From Phoronis australis (taxonomy: Eukaryota; Animalia; Phoronida), in NCBI GenBank assembly GCA_002633005.1, contig NMRA01000377.1, positions 388,657 through 436,620 of the forward strand: DNA of 47,964 nt, in the 5' to 3' direction. Shown here one piece after another: positions 13,254-26,200 of this stretch (position 1 is the stretch's first letter; each line of letters begins with the position of its first letter). The notes under the pieces are model-generated. The model ran no database searches. It was not told the DNA's origin and saw only the letters and a program-made list of their open reading frames with translations. The position numbers and the translations under genes are program-made.

Positions 13254-15970
13254 ACAATTTTATTTTTTCGCACTTTCCGCTCTATCTTCCTAATTCTAGG
13301 ATGAATTTTCATGAAATTTGGCAGATAGGTTTCCATTATGAAGGCAACAACACCTTTCCATTTCCAGATGTTTTTGGTCATTCTGTGCCACCTAGCGGTC
13401 ATTTTTTTTAAAGTTTTCAATCTGGTTTTGATAAACCGCTTGAAGGACCATTATAAAAATTGAGGAGACTGCAGCTGACGTTCATTTTCGGATGTGTTCG
13501 ACAATTCTGGCACCCTCTAAATGTTTTTTGCGTCCTTAACCCTTCTCAAGAACACTTTGATGAAATTTGGCCGATGAGTTTAAGTCCATTCTGTTGATAA
13601 GTGTGCCGCCTAGTTGCAAAGTTATTATTACATTTTCTTGAGTTGTGTGTCTTCCCAATTCATGGATGTATTTGCATGAAAATTTGCAAATGAATCATTT
13701 CTATTTAAAGCTGGCAACAATGTCTTCCTATTGAGTAATTTTATCAGTTTTGAGTCCATTTTTGGCCTCAGCCTCTCAACTGCCAAATCATTTGAAAATT
13801 CATTGTGAAAATTGGCAGATGTGTTTCTGATGAGAAGGCCGCGACTGACATTGATATTCGAATAGACTCGACTACTTTAGCACCAGCTGGTGGCATTTTT
13901 GCACATGTGGGCTGTGTCTCGTTAACCCTCTGTAGGATCATTGTCAAATTTGGCGGATATGTTTCCATGGAGATGGCGTGTTATGATGAATTTCAGACCC
14001 TTTGTACTACCACTGTGCCAATAGTGGCAGTTTTAGTTTTTTTACTTTGGCCTCAGTATTTTCAGAGTTCATCGATGGATTTTTGTGAAATTCAGCAAGT
14101 ATAGCCTTCATTAAGGTGATGATCGTAGTCCTCCATTCCTTTATGGATTTGATGTACACCACGTAGTGGCTATTTTTGCATCTTGTTTTTGGCATCTGCC
14201 TCTTTATCCACTGAACTGCTTAATAAAGGATATTTAAAAAAAGCTTGAAAGATATGTGTTAGCGATGAAGACGTTGATTTTTGCATGAAAGTGACAACTG
14301 TGCCACCTCCTGATGGTGATTATGTCTTTTCTGCATCATTGGCTGTATCTTCTTGCTCCTTTTGAAGGATCTTTGGGAAATTATGCAAGTGTTTGATTTG
14401 ACCACCTGTGAAAAATCCTGCATCGAGTATTAAAGTCACGCAATAATTTCCCAGAAATTCGTCTCAATGGTTGTGGTGACTTTGAAACTTTAAATTGGCT
14501 ATACTATAATTGGCTATGACAGTGGTTATGACTTGGACGGTTCTCACTATGGCTGTACCCCCCAGTGGCAATTTTTGTTTTTGTATTTGCCTTTTTTTTT
14601 TTTTTTTTTTAANGACAATTTTATTTTTTCGCACTTTACGCTCTATCTTCCTAATTCTTGGATGAATTTTCATGAAATTTGGCAGATAGGCTTCCATTAT
14701 GAAGGCAACAACACCTTTCCATTTCCGGATGTGTTTGGTCATTCTGCGCCACCTAGCAGTCGTTTTTTTAAAGTTTTCAAGTCTGGTTTTGATAAACTGC
14801 TTGAAGGATCATTGTAAAAATTGAGGAGACAGCAGTTGACGTTCATTTTCGGATGTGTTCGACACTTCTGGCACCCTCTAATGTTTTTTGCATCCTTAAC
14901 CCTTCTCAAGAACACTTTGAAATTTGGCCAATGTGTTCCTGTGGACGATGAGTTTAAGTCCATTCTGTTGATTAGTGTGCCGCCTAGTTGCAAATTTATT
15001 ATTACATTTTCTAGAGTTGTGTGTCTTCCCAATTCATGGTTGTATTTGCATGAAAATTTGCAAATGAATAATTTCTATTTAAAGCTGGCAACAATGTCTC
15101 CCTATTGAGTTACTTTATCAGTTTTGAGTCCATTTTTGGCCTCAACCTCTCAACTGCCAAATCATTTGAAAATTCATTGTGAAAAGTGGCAGATGTGTTT
15201 CTGATGAGAAGGCCGCGACTGACATTGATATTCGAATAGACTCGACTACTTTAGCACCAGCTTGTGGCATTTTTGCACATGTGGGCTGTGTCTCGTTAAC
15301 CCTCTGTAGGATCATTGTCAAATTTGGCAGATATGTTTCTATGGAGATGACGTGTTATGATGAATTGCAGACCCTTTGTACTACCACTGTGCCAATAGTG
15401 GCAGTTTTTTTTTACTTTGGCCTCTGTATTTTCAGGGTTCATCAATGGATTTTTGTGAAATTCAGCAAGTATAGCCTTCATTAAGGTGATGATCGTAGTC
15501 CTCCATTCCTTTATGGATTCGATGTATTTGATATACACCACGTAGTGGCTATTTTTGCATCTTGTTTTTGGCATCTGCCTCTTTATCCACTGAACTGCTT
15601 AATAAAGGATATTTAAAAAAAGTTTGAAAGATATGTGTTGGCGATGAAAAGACGTTGATTTTTGCATGAAAGTGACAACTGCGGCACCTCCTGGTGGTGA
15701 TTTTGTCTTTTCTGCATCATTGGCTGTATCTTCTTGCTCCTCTTGAAGGATCTTTGGGAAATTATGCAAGTGTTCGATTTGACCACCTGTGAAAAATCCT
15801 GCATCGAGTATTAAAGTCGCGCAATAATTTCCCAGAAATTCGTTTCAACGATTGTGGTGACTTTGAAACTTTAAATTGGCTGTACTATAATTGTGGCTAT
15901 GACAGTGGTTATGACTTGGACGGTTCTCTTTATGGCTGTAACCCCCAGTGGCAATTTTTGTTTTTGTATT
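13254..15970. repeat. ~1.35-kb direct duplication joined at an N
   Basis: About 13254-14590 recurs at about 14614-15970 with scattered substitutions and small indels; the N is at 14613. Confidence 0.85.
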
Positions 15971-16296
15971 TGCCTTTGTATCTTCAGAGTTCTTTGGCAG
16001 TTTTGATTAAAATTTGACAAACCAGTTTGTGTTATGATGGCGATGGCATCTTTCCATTTAGGATGGATTTGACGTGTTCTGCATAACTTAGTGTTCATTT
16101 TTTGTTGCCAGTAAACACCCCTAGAAGCACACTGTGAGTGCATGCATTTCAACACTGTTCGTTGCCTAGGTCTGTTCTCTATCTCTGCTTACGATGGGAT
16201 TTTTATGAATTATGGATTGTATTCCAAATACGATACTTGTCATGCAGAAGTAATTTAGTGCTTATTGGTAAACTTTTTTTATCAATCGTGTTCTAG

Positions 16297-16369
16297 GTAA
16301 AGAAATGCTCCTCAGCAGAAGGTGGTACAATTCCTGGTTCTTCGAATATTGCTGGTACATCTACCTCAC
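16297..16369 (+). CDS. Roco-protease gene, linker exon (VKKCSSAEGGTIPGSSNIAGTSTS)
   Basis: ttctag| acceptor, phase 0 in. Donor C|gtttgt at 16370, with an alternative G|gtacat at 16355; both are phase 1. Confidence 0.6.
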
Positions 16370-17136
16370 GTTTGTATTTTTGCCTTTTTCTTTCAAATAC
16401 TGTGTGGGAGGTTGTCTTCTTAACAATAAACTATGGCTCATGGAGCGTTGCATTAGTTAATGCTAATTATAAGATCTCAGATTGTATGATATAAACCCTT
16501 ATGTTATCAAAAATAGGTATAGCTTCTTTAAATTTCTCCCTATGTATATATAAACATTATAATTGTAAAGTTGATTACTTGATTATTTTGTAAACAAAAT
16601 TTTGAGTTGGAGCGACACATAACTAAGTGTTAAGATCTTGCATATTTTACTTAGAATTTCTGTTGTACCTATCATACTTGGCATTTAGTGCTGTTATTTG
16701 TGACTAAGTGTGCACACGTACTATGTATATAATGTTTTGTAAATATGTTTTTTTCTGCAAAAATAAAATTAAATTTTTTTTTAAAAATCTCAGTTTTTGA
16801 AAGGTGAAACATACGCTGCTGTATCTTATCTTTGAGACATTCAATTTCAGTTTTCAACTAAATTGTGGTAAAAAGGTTTGTTAGAAGAATATGTGTGTCC
16901 AAAATTTGGTGGATATTATAAGCTTGGCAATGTGATTGGTCCATACTCAGCGTTCCTCTATCTCTTCAAGCCTGTTTGGCACCATTATTTCTCATCCTAC
17001 AAGAATAGTGGCCTTAGTTGGCATTAGCTCCCTAATTTTTGCTCTTTCACTGCTTCAATTTCGTCTGAATTTTCAAATTCCTAATCTAACGTTCAATTTT
17101 CATTATACTTAACTATATGTCGGTGCCAAATTTCAG

Positions 17137-17225
17137 ATGCTGTAAGTATGTCAAATCCATCGTTGTTAGGCAAAAGAAAATCTGCCGTTGACATGGACAC
17201 AGAAGCTGGTATTATTCCGCCTAAG
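17137..17225 (+). CDS. Roco-protease gene, linker exon (AVSMSNPSLLGKRKSAVDMDTEAGIIPPK)
   Basis: tttcag| acceptor and AAG|gtttgt donor; phase 1 in, phase 0 out. Confidence 0.65.
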
Positions 17226-17781
17226 GTTTGTCAAAATGAAATTATGAATTCGTCAGCTAGTGAAAATAAACCCAGTGACTTGAGTGTCTAACAGAATATT
17301 TATTGTAAGTTTAACAACTGTGTAATCCCAGCCGTGAGTTTAAGCCAGACTACAATAAACAGCAACTGCCCTGTAGTCATTTTAGAAGACCAAGCTTCAT
17401 GTTAAATTATGCTTTCCTTCGTATAATATCATATTGTATAACAAGGAGTGGTTGTTAACAACTCGAAAGGGAGATAATATGGAGACAATTTGCTGTAAGG
17501 AGTTCTTGTGCATAGTAAATGGTGCAAGCTGAATTGGTTCCGTGATTTTCAGTAGTTGTCACTTTTTATTGGTTATACATTTTATATTCCTTCAAAGCAC
17601 GACAGTAAAGTCATTTTCTGATTCTTTTTGTATAACCTTTCTTGCATATGAAGTGAGCCAGTTCATTGCTGCAAGTGAAGCAGAGAAATAGAACCCATTT
17701 ATATTTTTTATCATTCTGACTTATAAAAAATGAAGAGTTTGCAATACTCCCCCAAACATTAAAATCTTTTATAATTTCCAG

Positions 17782-17830
17782 ATTCCTGAGGGACTGGCCT
17801 CAACCAGCACTGATCCTTCCATGGACACAG
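17782..17830 (+). CDS. Roco-protease gene, linker exon (IPEGLASTSTDPSMDT)
   Basis: tttccag| acceptor and CAG|gtgtgt donor; phase 0 in, phase 1 out. Confidence 0.65.
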
Positions 17831-18311
17831 GTGTGTAATCTTATTCCATTCTTCAGTTGTTATGACCTTTTGTTATGTCTTGTATAATGTCAAGGTTGAA
17901 ACGCTGTTCAAGTGTTTTGTTTGTATACCGAATTTAGTGACACATCAGTGGATGAGATGTGACTTAACCTTTATTTGTATACTGAATGTAGGGACACATC
18001 AGTGGGTGCGATGTGACTTAACTTTTATTTCATTTGACTGCTGCTCCAACATTTTTATTTCTAATGTTGTGCTGTGTTAAATGCAAAAAATAGCATTGTC
18101 ATTATTTGAAAATACCAAATGTTGCCAGTACAGGGTTGGGTGTAAATATAGTATGGTCTATGACTGAATAAAACAGTTTTGAAAATGTTGCTTACTTAAG
18201 ATAATTTATGAAATTCTGTAGATAATGTTTTTGTCAAATAACACACTTGAAAATTATTGTATTCATTATAGTTTGATAACTTAGTGCATTCTCTCTCGAT
18301 GTTGCTTACAG

Positions 18312-18521
18312 CCACCACTGTTGGAGGAAAGTATGGACCAGCTCGACATGCTGGCAAGGATACATTGTCTGGACGTTTCCAGAACTGTTTGACCAAAGCT
18401 TACTCATCTGTTGCCAAGGTTACGTGGTCAAATGGCAAGATTGGGTCTGGATTTCGTGTAGGAACGCGTTACTTGATGACAAACTACCACGTAGTGCAAG
18501 AACCATCAGCCACTACTTTTG
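18312..18521 (+). CDS. Trypsin-like (FAM111-type) protease exon 1, carrying the catalytic His
   Basis: ttacag| acceptor and G|gttagt donor. Encodes SVAKV...GSGFRVGTRYLMTNYHVV; His codon at 18488-18490. Confidence 0.85.
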
Positions 18522-20872
18522 GTTAGTTTAGTAAACAGTGTCAGACTTAATTCTATTAAGCATCACTGGCCGCTATACCTTGCTAATTTAGTAAACAGTC
18601 TCAAAATTAGTTCTATGTAAGAATCACTGGCCAATACACCTGTTGGGTTACTAAACAGTCTCAGACTTAGTTTTATGAAAGACTGGATATTAGGGTTCCT
18701 GAACTTCATTGAGAATTAAATTTTTGATAGGCGGTGAGTTTTATGTTTGTGAACGACTTAGGTGTCAACTTTGATTGTCGTGATAGAATCTCTAACTCTC
18801 AACAAACTGACAATTTGGGGGTAAAACTATTTAGTAGTCTGGGTATTAGTAGTTAGACAAAACAGCCATTCTTACATCCAACCTTATCTTCATTATTTTT
18901 TATGGTTGCCTTGCCGTCCTTTTTCACTGACACACTGTTTTCGGTCAAGTGAAATAAACTGGTTACGTAATGTATTCTGGTATTTTGGCAAACTGTTAAG
19001 CTCAAGTTAAAGCTTAACTTGTAGACATTTACAGCTATGGATGTCTTGAGCAGGGTGCTATTGTGTAGTTTTTGTTAAATTTTTGCTTTTTAATTAGTTA
19101 AAGAAATAACAACCTGATTTACAAGTCTATGTAATTATATAGCCAAATATGTTTTAACTATAGATTTTTAACTTGGTAAAAACATGAATCTTCTGAAAGT
19201 AGAATGCCTGTAAAATTTCATTTTTGAATTTTTACCAATTTGCATAAAATTGGATCATGTGAACATGTCTTCTCAGTAAAACGGATTAAAAAGGAAAGAT
19301 GCGTTGATAGCAAAACAACAGATCAATAAGATAACGTTTTGTTTGATTTTGAGTCATTGTTCAAGATGAGATCTCAAAAACTTTGTTAGTTTCTGAATTA
19401 TCTTTTCATTATCATTTTGCAGAACTTCAGGAGTTTTATTGCAAGTCATCAAAGTTCTATTGTTTGACAACCTCTCATGCGAAAGTGCAACCGATTCCTA
19501 ACAACATTTAGTGCAAGTCATGAAGGCCCTGATTGTTCGATAACCTCTGATTCAAAAGCACAACAATTCATAACAGCATTTTGGAGAACAGTTGTAGCTA
19601 ATCCTAAGTTACTATGAATCTGATGACGGCCATTTCTGAGACATGAAGTTTGAGTGTTAGCCACGTTTTGGAATTTTTACTACATAACCTTAATTGAATA
19701 CACCAACATAACGGTTTTGTAATAGATACATCACTTTACAGCTGTTTTGAAATTTATAGATTTTACTCATTACAACGCCAAGTGTTTCCCTTTTGATTGT
19801 CTCCTGATGCCGGATACTAGCTCAGGTTTTCTTATAGAGGCATGAGTGTAAATACGCGCATATATGGTTACACGGAGACACAACCAATACACCTGTAAAC
19901 TGGATATTGGCATGCATGGTTCTATGACTTGTCACAGGATTACAGGTGATGGAATGACTGATACCCTTCCTCTGTGGGGTAAATTTCCCGGTTTCGGTGA
20001 TCGGGAACTCTGGTTACAGCAGTATCCTTATCTGTTTGAAAGCGATAGTGGGGGGAAAAATTGCCAAACCAATGTTTTCATAGTTCAGCACTCTCATTGT
20101 CTCCATTCATATGACAAGCTCATGTAATCCAGGGAAAAAGTTGTTAATATACAGCGTGCCTTACACTAAGCTGCTAAATATTGTTATCTGCTACTTACTT
20201 TCAACAAATGTTGTGAAGATGTGTTATACATAAAATTCAATCACCAAAAAACTTTGAATGGATAAAAACGGTCGACTTAGAGAAATCAGGCTTAACTTTC
20301 ACCTGCTAATTCATTTGTGTGGGTGTGAGGCCTGGCCCTTTGCGAATGGTTTTGAATTAATCCGCATATCGTTAAAAAAAATGCAAGTTAGTGTATATAC
20401 TCAACTCAAGTTGGGAAGTCATATCTGGGCCAACTACTTAACTAACAAGTTGAACAGGTTTGTCATTTTATGTGCTGAAAAAGCAATTTGTCGGGAAATC
20501 ATCTGAGGCGAAGTTTGATTTACTTCTGTTGTAACCAATCAGTTACAGCTGTGTCCGTGATATAAGGCAGGTTTAAGTGAGGCTTTAGTTTTTGTGAAAC
20601 AATGATTGAATTTTTCGCAGATGGCGCTTTTAACATCAAATTGCAAGTTAATTTTTTTCCAGGTCCCCTTCATGATTCTCAAGAAAGTCATTTGGCCACA
20701 AAGGTGTACATGTGAATGGGAGTTTTAAGGCGTCATTTTTGGAACCTTTCTGACTTGTTCAAGCTTTAAATTGTCTGAACTATTTTTGCTCGTCTCTTGT
20801 GCTACATATCACTGAAATAGACCACTGGTAAGAAGGATGGAGACTACTTGATTTTGTGCTTTTCTATTTCAG

Positions 20873-21177
20873 CTGAGGTTTTACATCGCCAGAAACAACG
20901 ATCCTGCCTATTCAACTTTGACAGAGCCTACCAGCCTGGAGATGAGGGAGACTACAGAGATTTTCGATTTACCCTGCTCCCCGTAGTTGCCTTTGACCCG
21001 AAATTAGACTACGCCATTTTGGAGATGGATGTTGACAGTGCAAACCCACCGCCAGAACCACTAACTATGTTTAAGAAGATAGTTGGTTATGAGAACATCT
21101 TCTTTGCAGGTCATCCAGGTGGACAGGCAAAGCTGGTGGACCCTGGGTGTAAAGTTGTCTATAAGACTGTGGCAGAG
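20873..21177 (+). CDS. Trypsin-like (FAM111-type) protease exon 2, carrying the catalytic Asp
   Basis: tttctatttcag| acceptor and GAG|gtttgt donor. Encodes KLDYAILEM (Asp codon at 21007-21009) and FAGHPGGQAKLVDPGC. Confidence 0.87.
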
Positions 21178-21644
21178 GTTTGTGGCAACAATGAAATATG
21201 TACAGAAAACTCAGTGAATGAACTGAAAAGCTATCAATTAAAGCAAACTCTGTCTATTGATGTACTATGAATGTACAGAGAACTGAGTGAGTGAACTGAA
21301 AAGTTGCCATTAAAACCAAGCTCACTGTGTTTTGATGTAGTAGACAGTATACAAAATGAACTCCGAAAATGAACAGAAAAGTTGTCTATGAAACCAAATT
21401 ACCTCTTTACTGCGCTTTACTTAAATTGGTTGATTTTTCCATTTATAGTTTATGATTTACTGTTTGCAATACTTATTTCAATTTTGTTAACAACATATAA
21501 TATGAATAGAAAAGAACAAGACGTTATGGTATTGGATTATTACTTCATTTTCTTAATAAGAGTACAGAACATGAACTCGTAGAAATCTTGATTTTGACAA
21601 AATGACCACATATTCTAAAACGAGGTTTGAATAAAAAATTACTC

Positions 21645-22874
21645 ATTTTATGCGCCCACATATTTATATGTTGACGCATTATGTCGTCATCTTCGTCTGT
21701 CCGGTGTCCAGTGTCTATTGCTTTATCTCCAAAACCCCTTGACGTATGTTCATGAAATTTTGCACATGTGTTCCTTCCGTGGATGGAACGGCATGAGCGA
21801 ACTTTCGGACGGATCCAACTACCGGTGTGCCCCCTAGTGACAAGTTTAATTTTCTATCTTTACCTCCGTATCTTCAAAAGTTCTTAGCAGATTTTCATAA
21901 AGTTTGGTATATAGGCACCTATTAGTGAGACGATGCTATCTTCCAGATTTCGGACAGATTCTACGTAGTTTGCGCCACCTAGTGGCCATTTTTACTGTTT
22001 TCGAGTTGTGTTTTTTGACGTCCACCGTTCTATCAACCAAACCGCTCAAAAGATTATTGTGAAAATTGGCATGTATGTTCTTGCTATGAAGAGGATGGCA
22101 GATGATGATTTTCTGCCGACTTCCACTGCTGTGACGCCTCCAAGTGCCAGTTTTGTTTTTTGCACCTATGACTGTATCTCCTAAACCTTTCACGGGATCT
22201 AGGATCTTTACTAAATTTAGTAGGTGTATTATATGATGTTAACAACGGACGACGACGACTTTCGGACAGATCAACTACTGGTGTGCCACCTAGTGGCAAC
22301 TTTATTTATTTACGCTTACCTCTATATCTTCAAAGGTCCTCGAGGTAGTTTCATGAAATTTGGCATACAGGTGTCTGTTAATGAGGCGACATATCTTTCT
22401 GTTTTCAGAGAGACTCGACCTAGTTTGTGCCGCCTAGTGGCCATTTTTATGCGCCCACATGTTTTTATCTTAACGCATTATGCCGTCATCTCCGTCCGTC
22501 CGTTTGTCCGTCCGGGCGGCGTCCGTCCGGCGTCCGCTGCTTTATCTCCAAAACCCTTTGACATTTGTTCATGAAATTTGGCACATATGTTCCATTCATG
22601 AATGGGACGGCATGTGCGAACTTTCGGATGGATCCGACTACCGGTGTTCCCCCTAGTGGCAATTTTAGTTTTTTACGCTTACCTTAGTATCTTTAAAAGT
22701 CCAGAACGGATTTTCATGAAATTTGGTATGTAGGCACTTATTAGTGAGATGACGCTATCCTCCCGTTTTCAGATGGATTCGACATAGTTTGCGCTTCCTA
22801 GTGGCCATTTTTAGTGTTTTCAAGTCTTTTTTGTGCGTCCACCCCTCTATCAACCAAACCGCTCAAAGAATGAT
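21645..22874 (+). mobile_element. DINE-1/HINE-like elements (two nested 5' ends)
   Basis: Subterminal motif ATGCGCCCACA at 21650 and 22449 after T runs, a (GTCC)n-like microsatellite at ~22490-22535, then the shared internal modules. Confidence 0.7.
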
Positions 22875-22875
22875 N

Positions 22876-23270
22876 GAAAAATTATAACTTAAAGGATACG
22901 TCTATCATACCATTTTATTCCACCACAACGACCTTGAAGAAAGTTCTGGGTCCTTCGGACAGAAGGATTGTTAGTTGTAATAACATTAGATTTTTATTTT
23001 TCAATAGTTCCACTCCATGGATCAAAAATACATTTATTCACAAGTTTTCTGTAAAATCAGATAATTATGCGTTTTTACTCAACTACTACGCAGACGCCGA
23101 AATTAAAGAAATATATAATCTCCCTTTTAATCTACCCATAAACCCTAATTTGTCAATGTTTAAATACTTTTTCATTCACAAAAGGATTTATACAAACAAA
23201 ATGTTAAAAATATTTGGTATTTCACAAACAGACCAATGTCCCTACTGTGGCGAAGTCCAGACTTTTCAGC
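22876..23270 (+). pseudogene. Non-LTR retrotransposon (L1/Tx1-like) ORF2 3' fragment
   Basis: FKYFFIHKRIYTNKMLKIFGISQTDQCPYCGEVQTFQH resembles the C-terminal zinc-knuckle region of LINE ORF2. It is cut off by the next element's TIR. Confidence 0.6.
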
Positions 23271-23271
23271 A

Positions 23272-26200
23272 TAGCGGGGAGGAAATATATGCAGATTTGC
23301 AAAAATTGGGCACTTTGTGACAAGTTTTTGAAGTTTGGTACAATGTTAGGTATAAGCAAAGGAAATTCAAAAAACACCGTAAACGAAGTGTGCTGGCCCC
23401 CTGGTGGTCGCTACCCGCAAAATTCAATATGGCCGCCGCCGAAATTGGAAATTGTCGTATCTCAGTAATTATTATCACTAAACCAAATTCTGATATCATA
23501 TTTTCATTACTTTTGGGGTACGGAGTTCATTNAAAACACCGCAAACAAAGTGTGCTGGCCCCCTGGTGGTCGCTACCCGCAAAATTCAATATGGCCGCCG
23601 CCGAAATTGAAAATTGGCGTATCTAGTAATTATTATCACTAAACCAAATTCTGATATCATATTTTCATTACTTTTGGGGTCCGGAGTTCATTTCTGGTGT
23701 TAGTTTTTATGTTTTGTGGCCAATTCCAATGCAAAATGATACTTTTAAGGCAAATGTCATTTACAAATAACTCAAATTTATGTTTGCCCTCACAGAAGTT
23801 AGTTTGCTTAATTAATGTCGTATATCGACATGATTCGCCGCACAAAATCCTAAAATTACCATTTTTCAAAACCAGATTTACACAAAATAGGACTTTGTCT
23901 AGCTGACAATGACAATACTTCTAGACTGAGATACATAGAAACATAGATAACAACTGAAGGAACACTGAGAATGGTCTACCAAATACTGCTTGCTGCTAGT
24001 TTGTATCACGAACTTATAAAGAAACCAGACATTGAGAAAGATGACATTTCAAGAGTCATTGCTGGTGCAGGCAACTTCACATTTGCACAATGTGGTACAC
24101 CGAAGTCCAGCTCGATGGCACTTACAATTGCCTTTGCAAGCAACAACACAGCCGCAGTGGAGAAGTAGGGAACACACACACCTGGCTAATATCTTCCAGA
24201 TCTGTCCATTATGGCACCCATTTTTTAGTTCTAGCATTCCATACCCAACCCCATTGACCTGGGTTTGGTATCTGGGTTTTTTGGCAAGCGACGTGCTTGG
24301 AGCGACTTGAACATCTTGGTGATGAAGCCCGTATTCGCTTTGGTACATCCCAGTTTGTCAATACCTTTCTTCAAATCAGTGAGTGTTCTGTTGGCGAAAG
24401 TAAAGGAGTTGGTTCTTGGGATGACGTCAGACTACAGTTCGGTAGCAATTTCAGTTTTGGTTTCAACATACCTTATGAATTAGGTTTGACCAATGTCGTT
24501 GCTGCTTAACGTACGTAGAGAAGCATGCATCCTCAAACTCATCAATTAATCTCAACACTTCTGGCTTTGAGAGCATAACCATTTCCGTCTCTCCTCGTTA
24601 GCCATAGAGTGTATTTGCCCCTTCAAGAACTTGATACTGTACTGTTGGCTCTAGTCAAGAGTCATCAAAGAAAACTTCCTGTCAATACGTTGAAAAACAA
24701 ATTCCCCCTTCCACGAAAGCTTTGTGCACTGAAGGGTGGGTCATATCTCTCAGGAAACAGGCAACCAGCGTGCGTGATTCATGTTTCCAAATGCAAAAAC
24801 CATGGACACATTTCTTCACAGGCTTCCGCACTCAATAGCCAATTTCCCAGCCTATGACCTCGAATGAAGCGTCAGTTAATGTGCAGGTAGTCTCTCATAA
24901 TTTTCTAGTAGCAAACTCTTGGAGCATTGCTGACTCGTTTTCCCACACATCAAAGCGTTCGTAAGGTCCATAGCCTTCATAACAGAACTCGTCGTATGCC
25001 TGTTTCTCTCACTCATTAAGCCAGACAAGCGTGATCTGGTATGCGTATCTGGTACGCTTGATATGTTTTCCACCCAGAAGAGATGATCCAACACCAGGAA
25101 TGAAGACATTGGCTATGGAGAACACGTGGTCTCGTCCAGATCCATCCAACAGTGTACCTCCACACTCTTGAGATGCCATTTCGATGTCGAACATGCCCAT
25201 GAAGCATACCACTTTTGATTCACCGACCTCATCAGGGTACATCTAATGACACCTTTTCTGCTGAGCATAGAAAAGACAGTTACCTTCTATGTCTGGAGCT
25301 TGACTAGGATTTACAAACTTTGGTGCCTTCTTGACCACAAGCATTGCGTGTTTCTGCATGGTCATTGTCAAGGCATTTTCATAGCAAATGGAAAAAAAAC
25401 AACTGTCGCCCTTGGCCTGATGTTTTCTGAAGGTTGGTAATGTGAAAAGAACCCAGAGTAGGTCACTGGAATCTTTTGTAGTTGTCCCTCATGTTCAGTA
25501 AAAACATTGTGCACATGAGTGAGCCATGCGTCATCAAGAATCTCTGCTCGGGCATTTTCAGTGAAGGAAGGTTTGGCTTTCCCATCTGGAGAAGGTTGGT
25601 GCGTGATATCTCCAACAAACTCACCAATGTACGGGAGAATGGCAAAGTCATCAGAAAGCTTGGTATTGGCGATATCAGCAGCATGCATCGTTAGGGGGGG
25701 GGGGGGGTNTTGTGTGATTGGGATGACTGGTTAGAGAAATGACAGTACCATGGAACTCAATGCGACGAGACTCATCAATATTATCAAGTGCGCCAGTGGT
25801 GAAAAATCCCCACTTGAAATTTGAAGGCATAACGACTGCATCTTCGGTAAACCGTTTTGACACTGATAGAGTAAGTTCCATTCTGATACGAATGGCACGT
25901 TCGTAAGAAACTGCATGGCATGCCTAACTCTTGAAAAGTTCCACTGATTCCCTTGTGAGGATAACTGGCAGGCAGCTTCAATCCCACATATAGCGGAAAG
26001 GGTGTCTCTTCTTTCGTTGATAGATGGTAGCTTGTTTTGCTAGCTTCGTTTGCGGCATTGCTGCATAACTGATGAGAGATAGTGCAAGCGATTTCATTCT
26101 GGCGCTTAGGTTCCGTTGGGTCTTCTGCCATTTTCTCCTCAATAGAGTTCGAACTCTGAAGTAAGACATCTAGAAGGGTCAGAAGAGGTTTCGGAACTGG

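Larger units (their letters stand above)
10724..16166 (+). mobile_element. Cluster of nested DINE-1/HINE-like non-autonomous (Helentron-associated) elements
   Basis: 5' ends atgtgcccaca (~10726) and atgcacccaca (~11458), a GTCY-like tract, internal modules (ctgtatctc, atgaaatttggc, gccccctagtggc), and degenerate 3' ends near 13055-13090 and 16135-16166. Part of the cluster is duplicated around the N at 14613. Confidence 0.6.

Noticed and set aside
10980-16155. Many 60-140-aa ORFs in the intronic repeats
   Set aside because: They fall in non-coding repeat modules, differ in frame between duplicate copies and show no domains.
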